64,000 nucleotides of DNA, taken from Eledone cirrhosa. Its lineage: Eukaryota. A program made the translations under genes and the position numbers. Below the pieces are notes generated by a model. It did no database searches, was not told the DNA's origin, and saw nothing but the letters and a program-made list of their open reading frames with translations. The DNA is taken from positions 304,482,001 to 304,546,000 of the forward strand of contig OZ024743.1 in the NCBI GenBank assembly GCA_964016885.1, given 5' to 3'. This document shows, one piece after another, positions 49,197 through 63,004 of the stretch. How positions within the stretch are numbered: the stretch's first letter is position 1; every line of letters starts with the position of its first letter.

Positions 49197-50409
49197 TGGT
49201 AAATCTTTAAACCTAGCAGCATGTAGAACATACATTTAATATAGTTTAAGTGTAGATCTTTAATTATCCCCGCAAAGAAATGTATGTTCTCCCTATTCCC
49301 TCAGTTCAAAAATAGGGCAGTAAGGCACTAAAACATTGAAGAGAGGAAGTTGAAATTGAAAAAGGAATTTTGAGATGTACCAAAAACGAGGAAATGTGTT
49401 TACGGTGGTGATATGGATGTTGTATCAGTGTAAAGATTTAAAACACTAAATTCGATAAAAGTGCAACTGAAGAAAAATAGTAGAGAAAAAATATATGAAA
49501 TGCATTCAAGAAACACGTGTTACGCGCGATTACGAATAAAATGTTAAACTGAAACTTCGACCTCTCAATCCTAATATATCTTTCTTTCGGAACTCGCCCC
49601 GTTTAGTTACGATTGGCATTAAACTGGGACTTGACATAGCCGTTCAAAGACTTCTTTCCTAATTTTAAGATGGTATGACGTGATCTGAAAGCAACTTGGC
49701 AGTTATTTCCAAAAGGTCAAGCAACCACATAAAGGTTTTCACTTATTTGCTCGAAGCAAACCTAATTGTTATTCATATTGGTTTTAGCCAAAATGGTATT
49801 GTTGAAATTAGTAATTTATACCGGATAGGTGGGATTCTAAAAAAGAAAATGTTCTAACAACGTAACCATTTAAATGAAATAGTTCAGCATTACAAATTAG
49901 TTTTTTTGTGTAGGGTCAACAAAACAATTGATATTAAATGAAGATCACACTAAGCTCAAACGAATTCGATGCAATTCTGCGAGGAAAAGATTTTAGTTGG
50001 CCAAAGCACTTTATAAATAAGACATGACACTTTGTAGAATAATTATTTCAATGATTCTTTTCTTCCATTTCCTTTCAACTTTCTGTTTCATTTCAGTTTT
50101 TTTCTCTTCTCTTTAACCTTATTAGATTATTTGTTGTCTTTTTCCTCTTTGATCGTATACTTCTGTGTATTATATCTATAAGGTTCCATGTGAAAAACCA
50201 TGACTATAATACTTTCTTGCCTCAAAAGCAATTCATATTTCCAATCTACACCAGAGTGAGATAAACAGTGGTAATGTAACTCTTTTCCTTTCTATATGTT
50301 CTACTTCCAACTTCTAAAATAAATTCATTATACTCAAAGTACATATAGAAACTTCAATATTGAATGGGTAAAAATAGTGACAAGTCGTTACTATTCCCAT
50401 TGATATGAT

Positions 50410-50425
50410 CCTACTACTACTACTA

Positions 50426-50459
<34 letters not shown>

Positions 50460-50488
50460 AACTACTACTACTACTACTACTACTACTA
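50410..50488. repeat. (CTA)n microsatellite
   Basis: Read directly. Confidence 0.97.
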
Positions 50489-51069
50489 TTTCTGCTACGA
50501 GCAGTCTATCATGCTACTAAACATTCTTTGGCCGAAATGCCACGCTCAGACTCGGGTGCTAGAATCTTATGGAATGATGTTTTGTAATCGTGCAGATATA
50601 CTGCAGCTTATCATTGAAAGTTGCCTTTATATGACAAGGTATATTAAGACTGAAAATTTTAATAAAAACCACGTTTTACATGATTAAACCATTTTCATCG
50701 TTCGGCTTTCAATCATATTAATACACACATGGCCTTTTGATAGATAAAAGACTGTGCGCGCGCTACGGATAGATGTATAGTTAATAAAGCGCCGAAACAT
50801 CCGTGATCCGTAGTTAACTACTGACGAAGGGAGAGTGTCCACCTCTTGTTTGTGTCTCCTTACCTTCTAAAACTCGTTATCAATAGCCACACAACCCTCC
50901 TCTCATCCATATTATATATATATATATAAATACGCAGATAAATCCACCAATTAATGGTAGTGTCCAAGCCGTATCAAGACTTCAATGTAATCCGTATGTA
51001 GAAGATGTCATGTAGCAAAGTTTAAAATACAAAATTTGAACGATATAATTCTTTGGAAGCAGAGTCAAC

Positions 51070-51927
51070 ATAATACAAATAGTGAGAACAAACAAAATAC
51101 GGGGAATTCATAGTAAAACGATCGTTTCTGAGGGGGGGGGGGTAGTTCGCCGTATGTCCATTCTATTAGTGATCTATGTAATATATATTACAAATTATCA
51201 AAGTAAGAAAATATACATACGTCTTCCCTACCCGCCGTCTTCAGAAATAATGAGTTTTGTTTATTGAAGAATATAAAAACATATATGAATAAGTAACCTT
51301 TTAAGAACAAGGTTGAGATTGACCAATAGTAAAAATAGGAAGGGGCAATATAGATCATTAAGCTGGTAGTAGTAGATGAATAAATTAGTAGTCAGAGAAT
51401 GAGGTATCGAATGACCTTTAAGAAAAGAAAAGAAAGTTGCGAGTGTAAAGGAATTTAGATAGATTGTATAGAAAAGTGTGGACGGTCAAGGAAGATTAAA
51501 GTTGGAGGAAAAGGGGTGCAGATATCAGTGTGTTATATCTAGTAGAATAGTATAGAAAAATCCTAAATATTTGTTATATCTTTGTTGAAGAGGAATAATT
51601 TGTTCAAAAAATAGAACATGGAAACAAAGAAAAGTAAAACTAAGATAAAAAAATATATAGGTAAGAAAATAATAAAATTTGTGTAAGTATTGTATTCTGT
51701 TAGAGTGGTCAGAATGAAGTTTTACCTGTAGGGAATTTTATTTTCGAATAAGAAATCTCATTAATAATCGGGTTTTCTTAATAGGTTTAAATGCATGTCT
51801 GTTAAAGTTTTGTTAGAGTGTTGAATATAATGTAATATATAGTGGTCATTAATAGTTAATTATTTAAAACAGTTATAGGGATGAGATATAGGATTGAGTC
51901 TATGGATTAATTCTAATAGCCAAAAAA

Positions 51928-51996
<69 letters not shown>

Positions 51997-52193
51997 AACG
52001 AGTAGGACCCCGACGGCTGAGCTCAAGCCGTTTCGACGGCTAATTCTGGACCCAGAGTCCAGAATTAGCTGTCGAAACGGCTTGAGCTCAGCCGTCGGGG
52101 TCCTACTTGTTCCTATTACCCACTCTACTACCCTAAGTATTGAGTACTTTGGTGCGTTATGGTCCACCTGGTTCCTTACCACATTTCCTTCGT

Positions 52194-52224
<31 letters not shown>

Positions 52225-52754
52225 GTTTAGTTGTATTTATAATAATTGAATGTCTTTCTAATTCTATGGTTACATGCGATAATAAATTCTTGTCTTTTAT
52301 TTAATAGAATGTCTTTCGGTTTAGTAATTTCAAAAATGTCTTGGGAACATAGTCCACACTCCTTTCTATTGCCCAGATAAGAAATGGCTCTTTTGAGAAT
52401 CTTCCAAGTTAGGTTATAATTAATTTTCTTCTTTTTACAATTATTAACTGCTTCTGCTAAAGAAGTGGTCTTAGCTAATCTTGTGTTTCGAAAATTGTGG
52501 GTCTGTGCATAAAATATCGATTTAAACGGATTAGATGTGGATCCAATATCGGATTTTTTAAAGTCCTTAGTGGTAGTTATACATTTATACACTATATTAT
52601 TAAGTGAGCAATTTCCATTAAGGAGCAATTACTTTTTACTCTACAATTACAACCGTTTGTACGATGACCTAGCCCCCAGAAACGATCGTAAAATAATGAG
52701 TTTTACTATGGATTACCCGTATTTTGTTTAATTTCATTGTTTTCACTATTTGTG

Positions 52755-52755
<1 letters not shown>
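51070..52755 (-). mobile_element. 5'-truncated Penelope-like element with inverted end, interrupted at 51931-52222
   Basis: EN ORF 52628..52227 is homologous to 59310-59735; the 3' region resembles 60230-60590; 52672-52755 is an inverted copy of ~51070-51136. Confidence 0.85.
51993..52194 (+). mobile_element. ~200-bp palindrome-headed short element in (TA)n
   Basis: 123-bp near-perfect palindrome plus ~80-bp tail shared with 52801-52915 and 62756-62947. Confidence 0.85.
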
Positions 52756-53023
<268 letters not shown>

Positions 53024-53028
53024 ATATA

Positions 53029-53064
<36 letters not shown>

Positions 53065-53307
53065 TATATGAATATATGAATAAAGTTAGTCCTTCATCAG
53101 TGATCTTCCAACCATCATTGGTATTTCATCGCTTTAAAGACCATATACCTCCGGTTGGTGCGATCAACGGCTAAAAAAAGTCGTTGGGACAAGTAAATAA
53201 AGGGAACAGGAAAGTGTAAACAAACAAAGATGGTGAAGCAACGAAAAGTGAGGAAGAAGGAGACAAGTCCCAAAATTCCATGAATATAAGTTCGGTGAAA
53301 TCGTGAA

Positions 53308-53395
<88 letters not shown>

Positions 53396-53403
53396 ATATA
53401 TAT

Positions 53404-55862
53404 ATATAAAAGAGAAAACACAGGTGAGCATTAAGAGAAGGATTATATCCAGGTATTTAACACCGTTTCATTGGTAAGTGCAACCTTATATTGCTATACT
53501 GCAAATAGCAGCCACTCAATTAGAATAGTTGTTATACAATTTGATATTAACGACTATTACTCCTCTATATCCCCCAACACCTTGGATAAAGCCTTAGCAT
53601 TCGCCAAAGCCAATTGTGATCTAACAGATGACGAGATAAAAATCATATTAGCTGCTAGGAAACCAATAATTAAATTTGAAAACGCCTATTGGGAACATAA
53701 GGATAGATTAAATAACTTTGACATCACGATGGGCGCTAACGACTCGGCTCAAGTCACAGCTTTAGTAGGTATTTACATAGCCCATAGTTTACAGAGTGAC
53801 TTTAGCGACCTTCACTGTGTAATCTACAGAGACGACGCCCTTCTCCTAGTTAAGAACCTAAATAACCAGAGCATAGAAAGACTCCGTAAGAATATTAGAA
53901 AGACTCTCGGGAAACTAGGCCTTAGCATAACGTATGAGTATAGCACTAAAATAGTTAACTTTCTAGACGCGACGCTTAACCTAAACACGGGACTTATAAG
54001 ACCTTTTCACAATATTAATGAAAACTTAGCATACATCGACTGTAACTCTAACCACCCACTATCCATAATTAAATCCATTCCACGCAGCATATCCGTTAGG
54101 ATCTCCCGCCTCTCGTCTAACCGACAAATATTCGAGGAACATGCATAATACTACAATACCGCATTAGACAAGGCAGGCCACGTAGATAGAGTAGAATATA
54201 TAGATAAAAGCATCCGCAGAGCGCACACGAACACGTATAACACAAACTCCAGAAACACACGCACACACGCACTTACGCATAGAACTACAAATTATACGGT
54301 AAATAGAAATACAACATCGAAATCAAACAAGTCACGCAGTAGAAAATATATTTGGTATAACCCAATATTTAACACCTCTATTAGTACTAACCTACCCTCT
54401 ACCTTCTTTAGAATAATAAATAAGCACTTTCCAGATTCACATAGATACAGCAAAATCCTTAACACTAAATCTATTAGACTATCTTACTCCACGGCACCAA
54501 ATATAGAGGCACACATTAAGATGCTTAACGCTAAAAAGATACATAACAACACTAGAACACAAATGTACAACAATAACAATACAATCACCATTGAACACAA
54601 CAGAATATCTAATACACAACCACCCACTAATAGGCAAACAAAACGTAACACACTTGTACAGGCATCGCAGCCCACCAATAATGCCAAAGTTGCCCATGAC
54701 AAGAATTGTAAGTGCCACCTACCTGAAACTGTCCATTACATAATGAATGTATGCAGTCTAACCTTGTTTAGCAATGCACAGTGGAATCAGACAACCAGAA
54801 ATGGTATTACATCGGAGCGACTGGGAATACATTTAAAGCCCGTTGGTATACACACCGTTACGCAATGAAACATTCCCAGCATCGTTATGTAACTACCCTT
54901 GCAACCAAGACCTGGCAACTGAGGGAAAGTAACCATCAATACACCCTGAGGTGGAAAAATTATCGAACGCGCCCCCATATTGGGGTGGTATGAGAAGCTG
55001 TCGATTATGTGACCTTGAGCTGTTCCACATTTTGAGTTCGAAGAATAAGTTACTCAACAATAAAATCGAAAGATCAATTTATTGTAACCATAGACTCAAA
55101 GAAAAGTTTTCGCACTACAAGTACAAATCGAACCCTTAACCTCTTACTACCAACTGACAAACTGCATATACTTAGACTTTCTACCCTCTTATTGTATCTA
55201 AACCCTTTTAATTACCCACAAACACCAATACCTATATCCCTCCATTCTCCTTTATTCATCATCTATTTCTTCCTTTTCTTCCTTCCTTCCCTCCCCTTTT
55301 TTTGCTATCTTTTCTTTTCTTCTTTCTCCCCCATTCTTTGCTTTTATTTTTGTCATTATTATCTTTGTTCTATATATATATATTTATCTCTTTATATCTC
55401 CCTCTTCGCTCTCTCTCTCTCTCCATCCCTCCCACTATGATCAATTTAATTCTCTTTAACTCACTACATTCGACGACATGAAGTCTTCATATCAAAACTG
55501 ATCAAGGAATCCTTCCACCTCTACCCCTCCCTCCATCTTAGTTTGTCACTCTACTTCCTAACTCTTCTCCCCCTTCCTCTCTCTCTATATACTATTCCGT
55601 TTGTCCCCTCACCTTCTAATTCCTCTTCCTCTCTCTCTATACTAGTAAATACAATTCCAAAAAAATGTTTTTCTCTATATATTAAGAACTATTTCAAGAG
55701 TAACTTACTCACTATTTTGAAAATTTGGGCGTGAACAACAATTATAATTGAGTGGCTGCTATTTGCAGTATAGCAATATAAGGTTGCACTTACCAATGAA
55801 ACGGTCGTAAATACCTGGATAAAATCATTCTCTTAATGCTTACCTGTGTTTTCTCTTTTATA
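53404..55862 (+). mobile_element. Penelope-like element (RT YRDD + C-terminal GIY-YIG) with ~118-bp inverted ends
   Basis: FDINDYYSSI, FDITMG..DSAQV..LVG, YRDD, VNFLD; WYYIGATGNTFKARW; CRLCDLE. 53404-53521 is the inverse of 55746-55862. Confidence 0.92.
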
Positions 55863-55992
55863 CTTTATACTCCAAGATTGAACGGAATTCTTACAAACTT
55901 GTGGAGTTACACCTAACCGTACGTTGAAACCGTCCATGAAACTGGCTTTCTTAACCACGAACTGGATCACAATAAGCAATTTTCTGCTTCCG

Positions 55993-56071
<79 letters not shown>

Positions 56072-56089
56072 TTCTAATGGTTCTAAGAT

Positions 56090-58117
56090 ATTTAAGCCGA
56101 GCTGTGGCTTTGTGTTTGAGCTCGCATTGCTTAAAGCAATGATCCTCACAGCTTGTGCCAAAAGAGGCCTCTGGCAACCAGGTCCAAATCTTTGCTATGT
56201 CTTGAGACTTAATGTGTAAGTCCGGTGAAACTGTCCCTACTGACAGGAGAAGAGGCCTTGGTGGGTTATGGTGCCTTCAAACCAGTGCTCCGGGTAGATA
56301 GAACTCGCCAGCATAGGAGGTATTCAATCTAAGAGAAGGCAAAATCTACGGTGGCAGCAGTCCACTGGTTATAAGTCTATACATCATGGGAGTATGAGCA
56401 TCGCGCCATGCGCTGCTTTCGGCGGAGGGAGAGGCCACCCGCCTCCAGCTAGGCAGTTCCAAGCCAGTTAGGTGCTGTTCAGCCACAGCCAAAGTGCTCC
56501 ATTGAGTGCGTGGGAATAAGGGATATCAATATATTGAATCGTTGCCTGTAAATTCTGCACCAAGAGAATTAATGCACAAGCAAACGATGCACGGCATTAA
56601 GATTCGATGTTGGAATATACTGACAATGACTACTTGTCAGTCAGATGATCTTCAAAAGATCAGAGGTACCTACAAAACGAATTGCTATGCCTTCGAATAG
56701 ACATTGAAAAGCTCCAGAAGACGTGGCTCCCAGATATGGGGACCCTTCGTGAAAGAGAATGTACCTTTTTTTCTGGCGGGGGAAAGGAATAGAGGAAGCC
56801 AAAAAGCATGGTGCTGGTTTACCGTGAGGAACTCATTGTTCAATATGGTGAAACTTAGCAACGATGGCTCGGACCGGATCCTCTCACTCCGATTGCACAC
56901 TTTGGCTGGGCTAGTCAACCTTGTCAGTACTTTGCCACAACCTTCTATTCCACACAAGACGACTAGGATAAGTTTTACGTTCAGCTAGCTCTCAAGAAAA
57001 ATATCGGCGATCCCGGAAGGTGATGTTCATCAAGGATGAGATTCTCTCAGAGACCCATCCATGAAACTTTATTGAAAACATTCAGGAAGAAGCGAGGAAT
57101 GACACATTACTGTATTGAGGTGCGTGTGGATGAGTTCAAATCGACCACGGTGGAGAAGCGCGCTGCCCTGTTGTAGAAACACCCAACAACCCACCAGGTC
57201 AAGTTACGAGTTTTTAAATCAGCTAGAAAGACAAAAAAAAAGGCTGTGCAAATGAGTACTGGAAACAGCTATGCGAAGGCATCCAGCTGTCTTTTGACAC
57301 AAGTAACATTCGGGGAATATAGGAAGTCATCATGAAAATCATCGGCCGGTCTCAGAAGGAGACAGCTCCCTTCAAATCCATAAAACATCAGGTCATCGGT
57401 GCAGTGCAAGAGTGCAGTTGGAGAAATTGGTGGAACATTACACCGAACTCTACGCCAAGGAAAATAGTATATCGAACGTGCTAGATACCATGGAACACCT
57501 ACCCGTCTTGGAAGAGCAAGATGTATTGCCAACAGCTGAAGAACTATACAAATCCATTGATGGCCTACCTGCTGGAAAGGCAGCGGGCTCTGACGGCATC
57601 CCCCAGAGGTCATCAAGTGTGCAAAGGGAGTGCTATTTAGCCACTTGTTGAAAGTACTGTGTCAATGCAGGGACGAGGGACAGTCCCACAAGACCTGAGA
57701 GACTGCTACATTGTCACCCTCTATAAGAACAAAGGGGACAGAGGTGACTGCAATAGTTACCGAGGCATCGCGCTGTTAAGCATCGCTGGGAAGGGCTTTT
57801 CCCTCGTGGTTTTAAACAGACTACAGAAAATCGCTGAGAGTGTATACCTGGAATATCAGTGTTGTTTCAGTTCAGAATGCACTCCATCGACATCATCACC
57901 CTTCGACAGCTACAGGAGAAGTGCGGAAAGCAAAAATCAGCCATTTTACATCACCTTCATCGAACTCACGATGTCATTCGATCTAGTTAGTAGAGATGGC
58001 CTGTTCAAAATCCTTGCCAGGATTGGTTGTCATCCAAGACTTCTTAGGATAGTCCAATCGTTTCATGCAGATATGAAAGAGGTCCAATTTGATGGCTCTT
58101 CGTTGGAGGTTTTTAAC
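56090..58117 (+). mobile_element. Degenerate RTE-clade non-LTR element
   Basis: WNILTM (APE start), GKAAGSDGIP, IVTLYKNKGDRGDCNSYRGIALLSIAGK, FDLVSRDGL. Confidence 0.85.
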
Positions 58118-58119
58118 TG

Positions 58120-60598
58120 CGAAATATTACTATGGGCTCTAGTGATTCTGCCCAAATTACCGATCTTGTGGGCCTCTTTCTTCTATTTAACATAAATTCT
58201 TTTCCCCACCCTAAAGGTGGTTAATATCGTGATGACTGTCTTCTTCTTTCCACTAATCTTAGCCTATCAGAAATCGAAAAAAATAAAAAACTTATTAGAA
58301 CTTTCCTCAAAGACTATTACACTCTCTCTATTACATTTGAAAACACCAGTAAAATAGTTAATTTCCTAGATATAACTTTCGACTTATCTACGGGTATCTA
58401 CCTTACCATAAACATAACCTTACCATAAACATAACCAAAAAATTACATTACATACACTCACAATCCAATCACCCTAGATCTATCCTTAAAAACCTAGCAT
58501 ATAATATCTCACTCAGAATCTCTAAACTTTCTTCTAACCAGGATGTATTCGATAAAAATGCGCCCTTTTATAACGAAGCTTCAGCTAGAAGCGGCCACAA
58601 AAACAAATTAGTCTATATACCTTGCACCAATAATACTTCAAACATACAACCCAATTTTACCAACAAACACCAAATGAAAAACCCACACCTAAATGCCACT
58701 CACACTACACCCCAAAATACCAACCTAAAGCTTAATTTCTCTACCTCTTCTCACATAAAATATTATGACTTTCAAAAAACCATTCCTCCTAATACTCCAA
58801 TATATGTTAACAACATTACTAACAAAATGACTAGTAATCAGACTAAAACACCTAAATCACTTAATCTATATATAATAAATTCACTAATAGTACCTCTCTT
58901 AGTAAACATCCTGATATATCGTATAAATATAAAAAAACAATATCGAAACCGTAATAGACGGGTTACTTGGTATAATGCTCCATTTAATCTACAAATTAAA
59001 GATAATATCCCTAATCATTTTTTACTATCCTAGAGAAAAACTTCCCGCCAAACCATAAATACCATCAAGTTTTAAATAGATCAACTGGCAAATTGTCCTA
59101 CTCCACTACCAAAAATATACAACAAAATATAAGTGCGTACAACGCATATAAATGTAAAAAAAAACAACACGAATATACCACCAACACATCAAACCAACCA
59201 TAATACTAAAATAAACCGCAACAAACCACCATCTCCTTCACATATAACAAGTCAAATAAATTCCACACCAAATTTGACTAACTCCCTCGATACAATATTC
59301 ATGAATAGTTGTAACTGTAGAAACAAAAGAAATTGCCCATTAAAGGGAAATTGTCTTATTAATAACATAGTCTATAAATGTAAAATTAGCACTAAGGACT
59401 CCACTTATTCATATATAGGAGCTACGTCTAACCAATTTAAAGTAAGATTTGATACCCACAAACATAGTTTTTAAAATGCCGCATTAGCTAATACAACATC
59501 CTTGGCTAAAACAATTAATAATTATAGAAAAAAGAATATCGATTACAACTTGACCTCGAGTGTGCTCAAAAGGGTCACCCCTTATCAAAATAACAGATAT
59601 GAGTGTAGATTATGTTCCCAGGAACTTTTTGAAATAATGATATCTAAGGATATCCTATTAAATAAGCGACAAGAATTAATTATATCTTGCAATCATAGAA
59701 TTAGAAGAAATTTCAAATATTATAAACCTAATTAATATTTTACATATTATTATAATTAGTTTTTTTAAATTTAGTTAACCTATAATTAGTACTTTACTAC
59801 AGAGAACTTCATAATTTTATTTCCCTCTTACAGCTCTCTTTTCCTAAAATTAATACCTAAAAGTATACATATAAATTAATTTAATTTCCTGTTATGAATC
59901 TAGATTCCTTGTAGTTCATATAAGATTGGTAGTTTTAACTACTACCCTTATCCCAAAATTTTATTTTCCTTCGTTTTTAACAACATTCTTTAATAACATC
60001 TAATTCTGAATTATCACATCCATACGAAGTAATATAAATCTATCCCTATAAGTATACCTATCAATTAATTTAATTTCTTGTTATAGATCTAGATTCCTTG
60101 TGGTTTAAATAAGATTGGTATTTCTCACTTACCCTAAAATTTTACTTTCCTTCGTTTTTAACACTAGTCTTTAATAACATCAAATTTTCGTGTACCATTC
60201 ACCGGCTTGACCTCTTTTCATCCCCAAAGTATTATTTTCATTCAAAGTATTCTTTCTATGCAAAACATAAGTCTGCACCCCTCTACCCCTAAATTAAATT
60301 TCTACTACTACTATTCTATCTACTTGACCTCTTACTACTTTTCTATTGGTCAATTCAAAACCTGGTCCCAAACAGACCTATTATATTAAATCTTTGTTGG
60401 GTTTTTTTCAATAAACAAATCTCACCATTTCTGAAGACAGCATATATATGTGAAGGTATGTATATTTCCTCTGATGGTTTGTAATATTTTTACATAGATC
60501 TGTATGATATACATACCAACACACATATATATCCTAGAAACGATCATAAAATGATGAATTTTTTAATATAAGGAACTTGTTCTTTGTTTTTATTAATT
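58120..60598 (+). mobile_element. Penelope-like element (YRDD type), 5'-truncated, ending at (TA)n
   Basis: ITMGSSDSAQITDLVG, YRDD, CNCRNKRNCPLKGNC..NIVYKC..YIGAT, CRLCSQE..LLNKRQE..CNHR. Confidence 0.9.
60421..60558 (+). ncRNA. Hammerhead-like motif with ~100-nt stem II
   Basis: tcaccattt-CTGAAGA-[long hairpin]-GAAA-cgatca-TA-aaatgatga. Confidence 0.6.
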
Positions 60599-60669
60599 TA
60601 TATATATATATATAAGTAGTTCCACAATAGTTAGGTCACCATACCGAGAATAAAATGTTTCACCTTATT

Positions 60670-61614
60670 CGGATCCTCAGCTTGGTCTGAATGAAGTTGT
60701 ACGGAAAAGGAAAATCAACCGTATGAATACGCATGTGCAGAAACAGTCACTTTTCCTGGGTGACGTAAATCCCCGGTAGATCGATGGAAGGGAGATAATT
60801 GTGGATGTCCGGAATAAATTATTCAAGTTATTCAGGATATTATAGATTGTTGATGTTAGTCAATCTGAAGATGTGTAATTATGTAACAGGTGTTTCCAGA
60901 GGTGTGGACAACGTGAAAAGAGATTTAATAACAACCCTTAATGTGTTAGGACTTAGGATAATGGTAGCTACCAACCTCACTAGCGTAGATTACTTAGACA
61001 TAAATTTAGATCTTCGTACAAACACATTTAGACCATTCCATAAACTAAATGAAAAATGTAATTACATGCAAAAGGACTCATGCCAACCTCCTACAGTTTT
61101 TAGAAACTTCGTGAATAATATCAGTACTAGAATCTCTAACCTCTCCTTTAATAAAGCAATCTTTGACAGAGCAGTACCCTACTACAACGTGGCGTTAGCT
61201 AACAGCGGCTTCTCGCAACCAAATACTTACTCCTGCTAACACCAACAGCAATGGGAAAAGAAATCGTGCTAATAGAAACACACTTTTGTTCTCTAACCCC
61301 TTCTCATTCAACGTTAAAACTAATGTAGGAAAAAATGTTTACCTTTCTTAGATAGACACTTTCCCATAGGTCACAAATACCGCTCCATCTTTAACAGACA
61401 TAGGGTGAAACTAGGATATTCCTGTGCTAAGAATATGAAGGCCCACATCACCAACAGCCCTAAGAACAATACCCCAACAGGATGCTTTTGCCGAAAGCCT
61501 GAAGCTTGTCCCCTTCAACAGCAAGGTAGCGCACCCGCTGTAATTTACAAAGCTGTATTGGGATGCTCAGCTCTCTCTGAATGAAGTTGTACGGAAAAGG
61601 AAAAACAGCCGTAT
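60670..61614 (+). mobile_element. Penelope-like fragment bracketed by ~55-bp direct repeats
   Basis: VDYLDINLDL..FRPF..ISTRISNLS; GGAT.CTCAGCT..CTGAATGAAGTTGTACGGAAAAGGAAAA at ~60671-60724 and ~61560-61614. Confidence 0.75.
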
Positions 61615-62350
61615 ATATATGTAGGATCGAAGTCAGTGTTGCAGCATATATATAACATTTATGAGCATAGTAAAATCGTTTAGAAATCGATCAGCCCAGG
61701 TTAACAATCGTAATGACCGGAACCCAATTCTTCCTCAATATTTCATCAGATATGCGAGTGTATTTGAATTAGGATAAAACTGTCAAAAATTGTTCTGACT
61801 CTAAGAGCTTTACCCTATATTATAAGACATTTATATCGCAACAGACTGTACTTAGATTCATTTTCTGCTCCTGAATATACTACATTTTCTATAAACTTTA
61901 TTCTCTCTGCGGCTCGTGATTTCGAAATATCGAACTTAGCACACGGTGTGTTTATTTAGATGTATATATATATATGTGGGGGTTGTATGTGTGTATTATA
62001 TCATATGTATGTATATATAATTTTAAGATTTTAACAACTTGTTTATGCTATATACAGGTTATGTTCACTTGAAAACACAGACAATAGAAACCTAGAGACA
62101 TATAGAGAATGAGTGAGACAGAAAGATTGTGATTGACAAAGAGAAAATATAACTGAAAATATGAAGTGAATGGAATAAACATCCAATGTATTAAAGATTG
62201 AAGTTACTTGAGTAAATTGTGGCATTCTTCACAATTGTTTGTATTTATTCATATTTGTCTGTTTCTAAATATAGGCACACAGAAATATATTTCTTTCTTA
62301 GAGATTGTGTAATTGACGGTGTCTCGAATATTTATGTATGTGGGAGTGAG

Positions 62351-62448
<98 letters not shown>

Positions 62449-62755
62449 ACATTCATATACACACACGCGCAGATATATATAAAGAAATAGATAGATACAC
62501 ATCCACGCACACACACGCATATACACACATACACACACAAAGATATATATTTGTGTATATAAGGCGGGGGCGGGGTATTTGTGTGTATAAAGGAATAAAG
62601 AAAAAGACAGAGCGATTTAAAATCATAAAGATTGACACAACGACAGACAGCCTAAACATGTACATCAATATTGAATTCTGCCTCACTTGTAAGCCCCCAA
62701 TATCACTGGGTCTAAAGAATATATATACTGTATATATATATATATATATATATAT

Positions 62756-62947
62756 AACGAAGGAGGTGTGGTAAGGAATCAGGTGGACCATAACGCAACA
62801 GAGTAGTCAATACTTAGTGTAGTAGAGGGTGTAATAGGAATATGTTTAACCCGACGGCAGAGATCAAGCCGTTTCGACGGCTATTTCTCGTCTAGGAATA
62901 ACCGTCGAAACGGCTTGAGCTCTGCCGTCGGGGTTAAACAGTTTCCT
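62756..62947 (-). mobile_element. Third copy of the palindrome-headed short element
   Basis: Palindrome 62837-62947 plus reversed tail; (TA)n on both sides. Confidence 0.85.
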
Positions 62948-62964
62948 TTATATATATATATATA

Positions 62965-63004
<40 letters not shown>

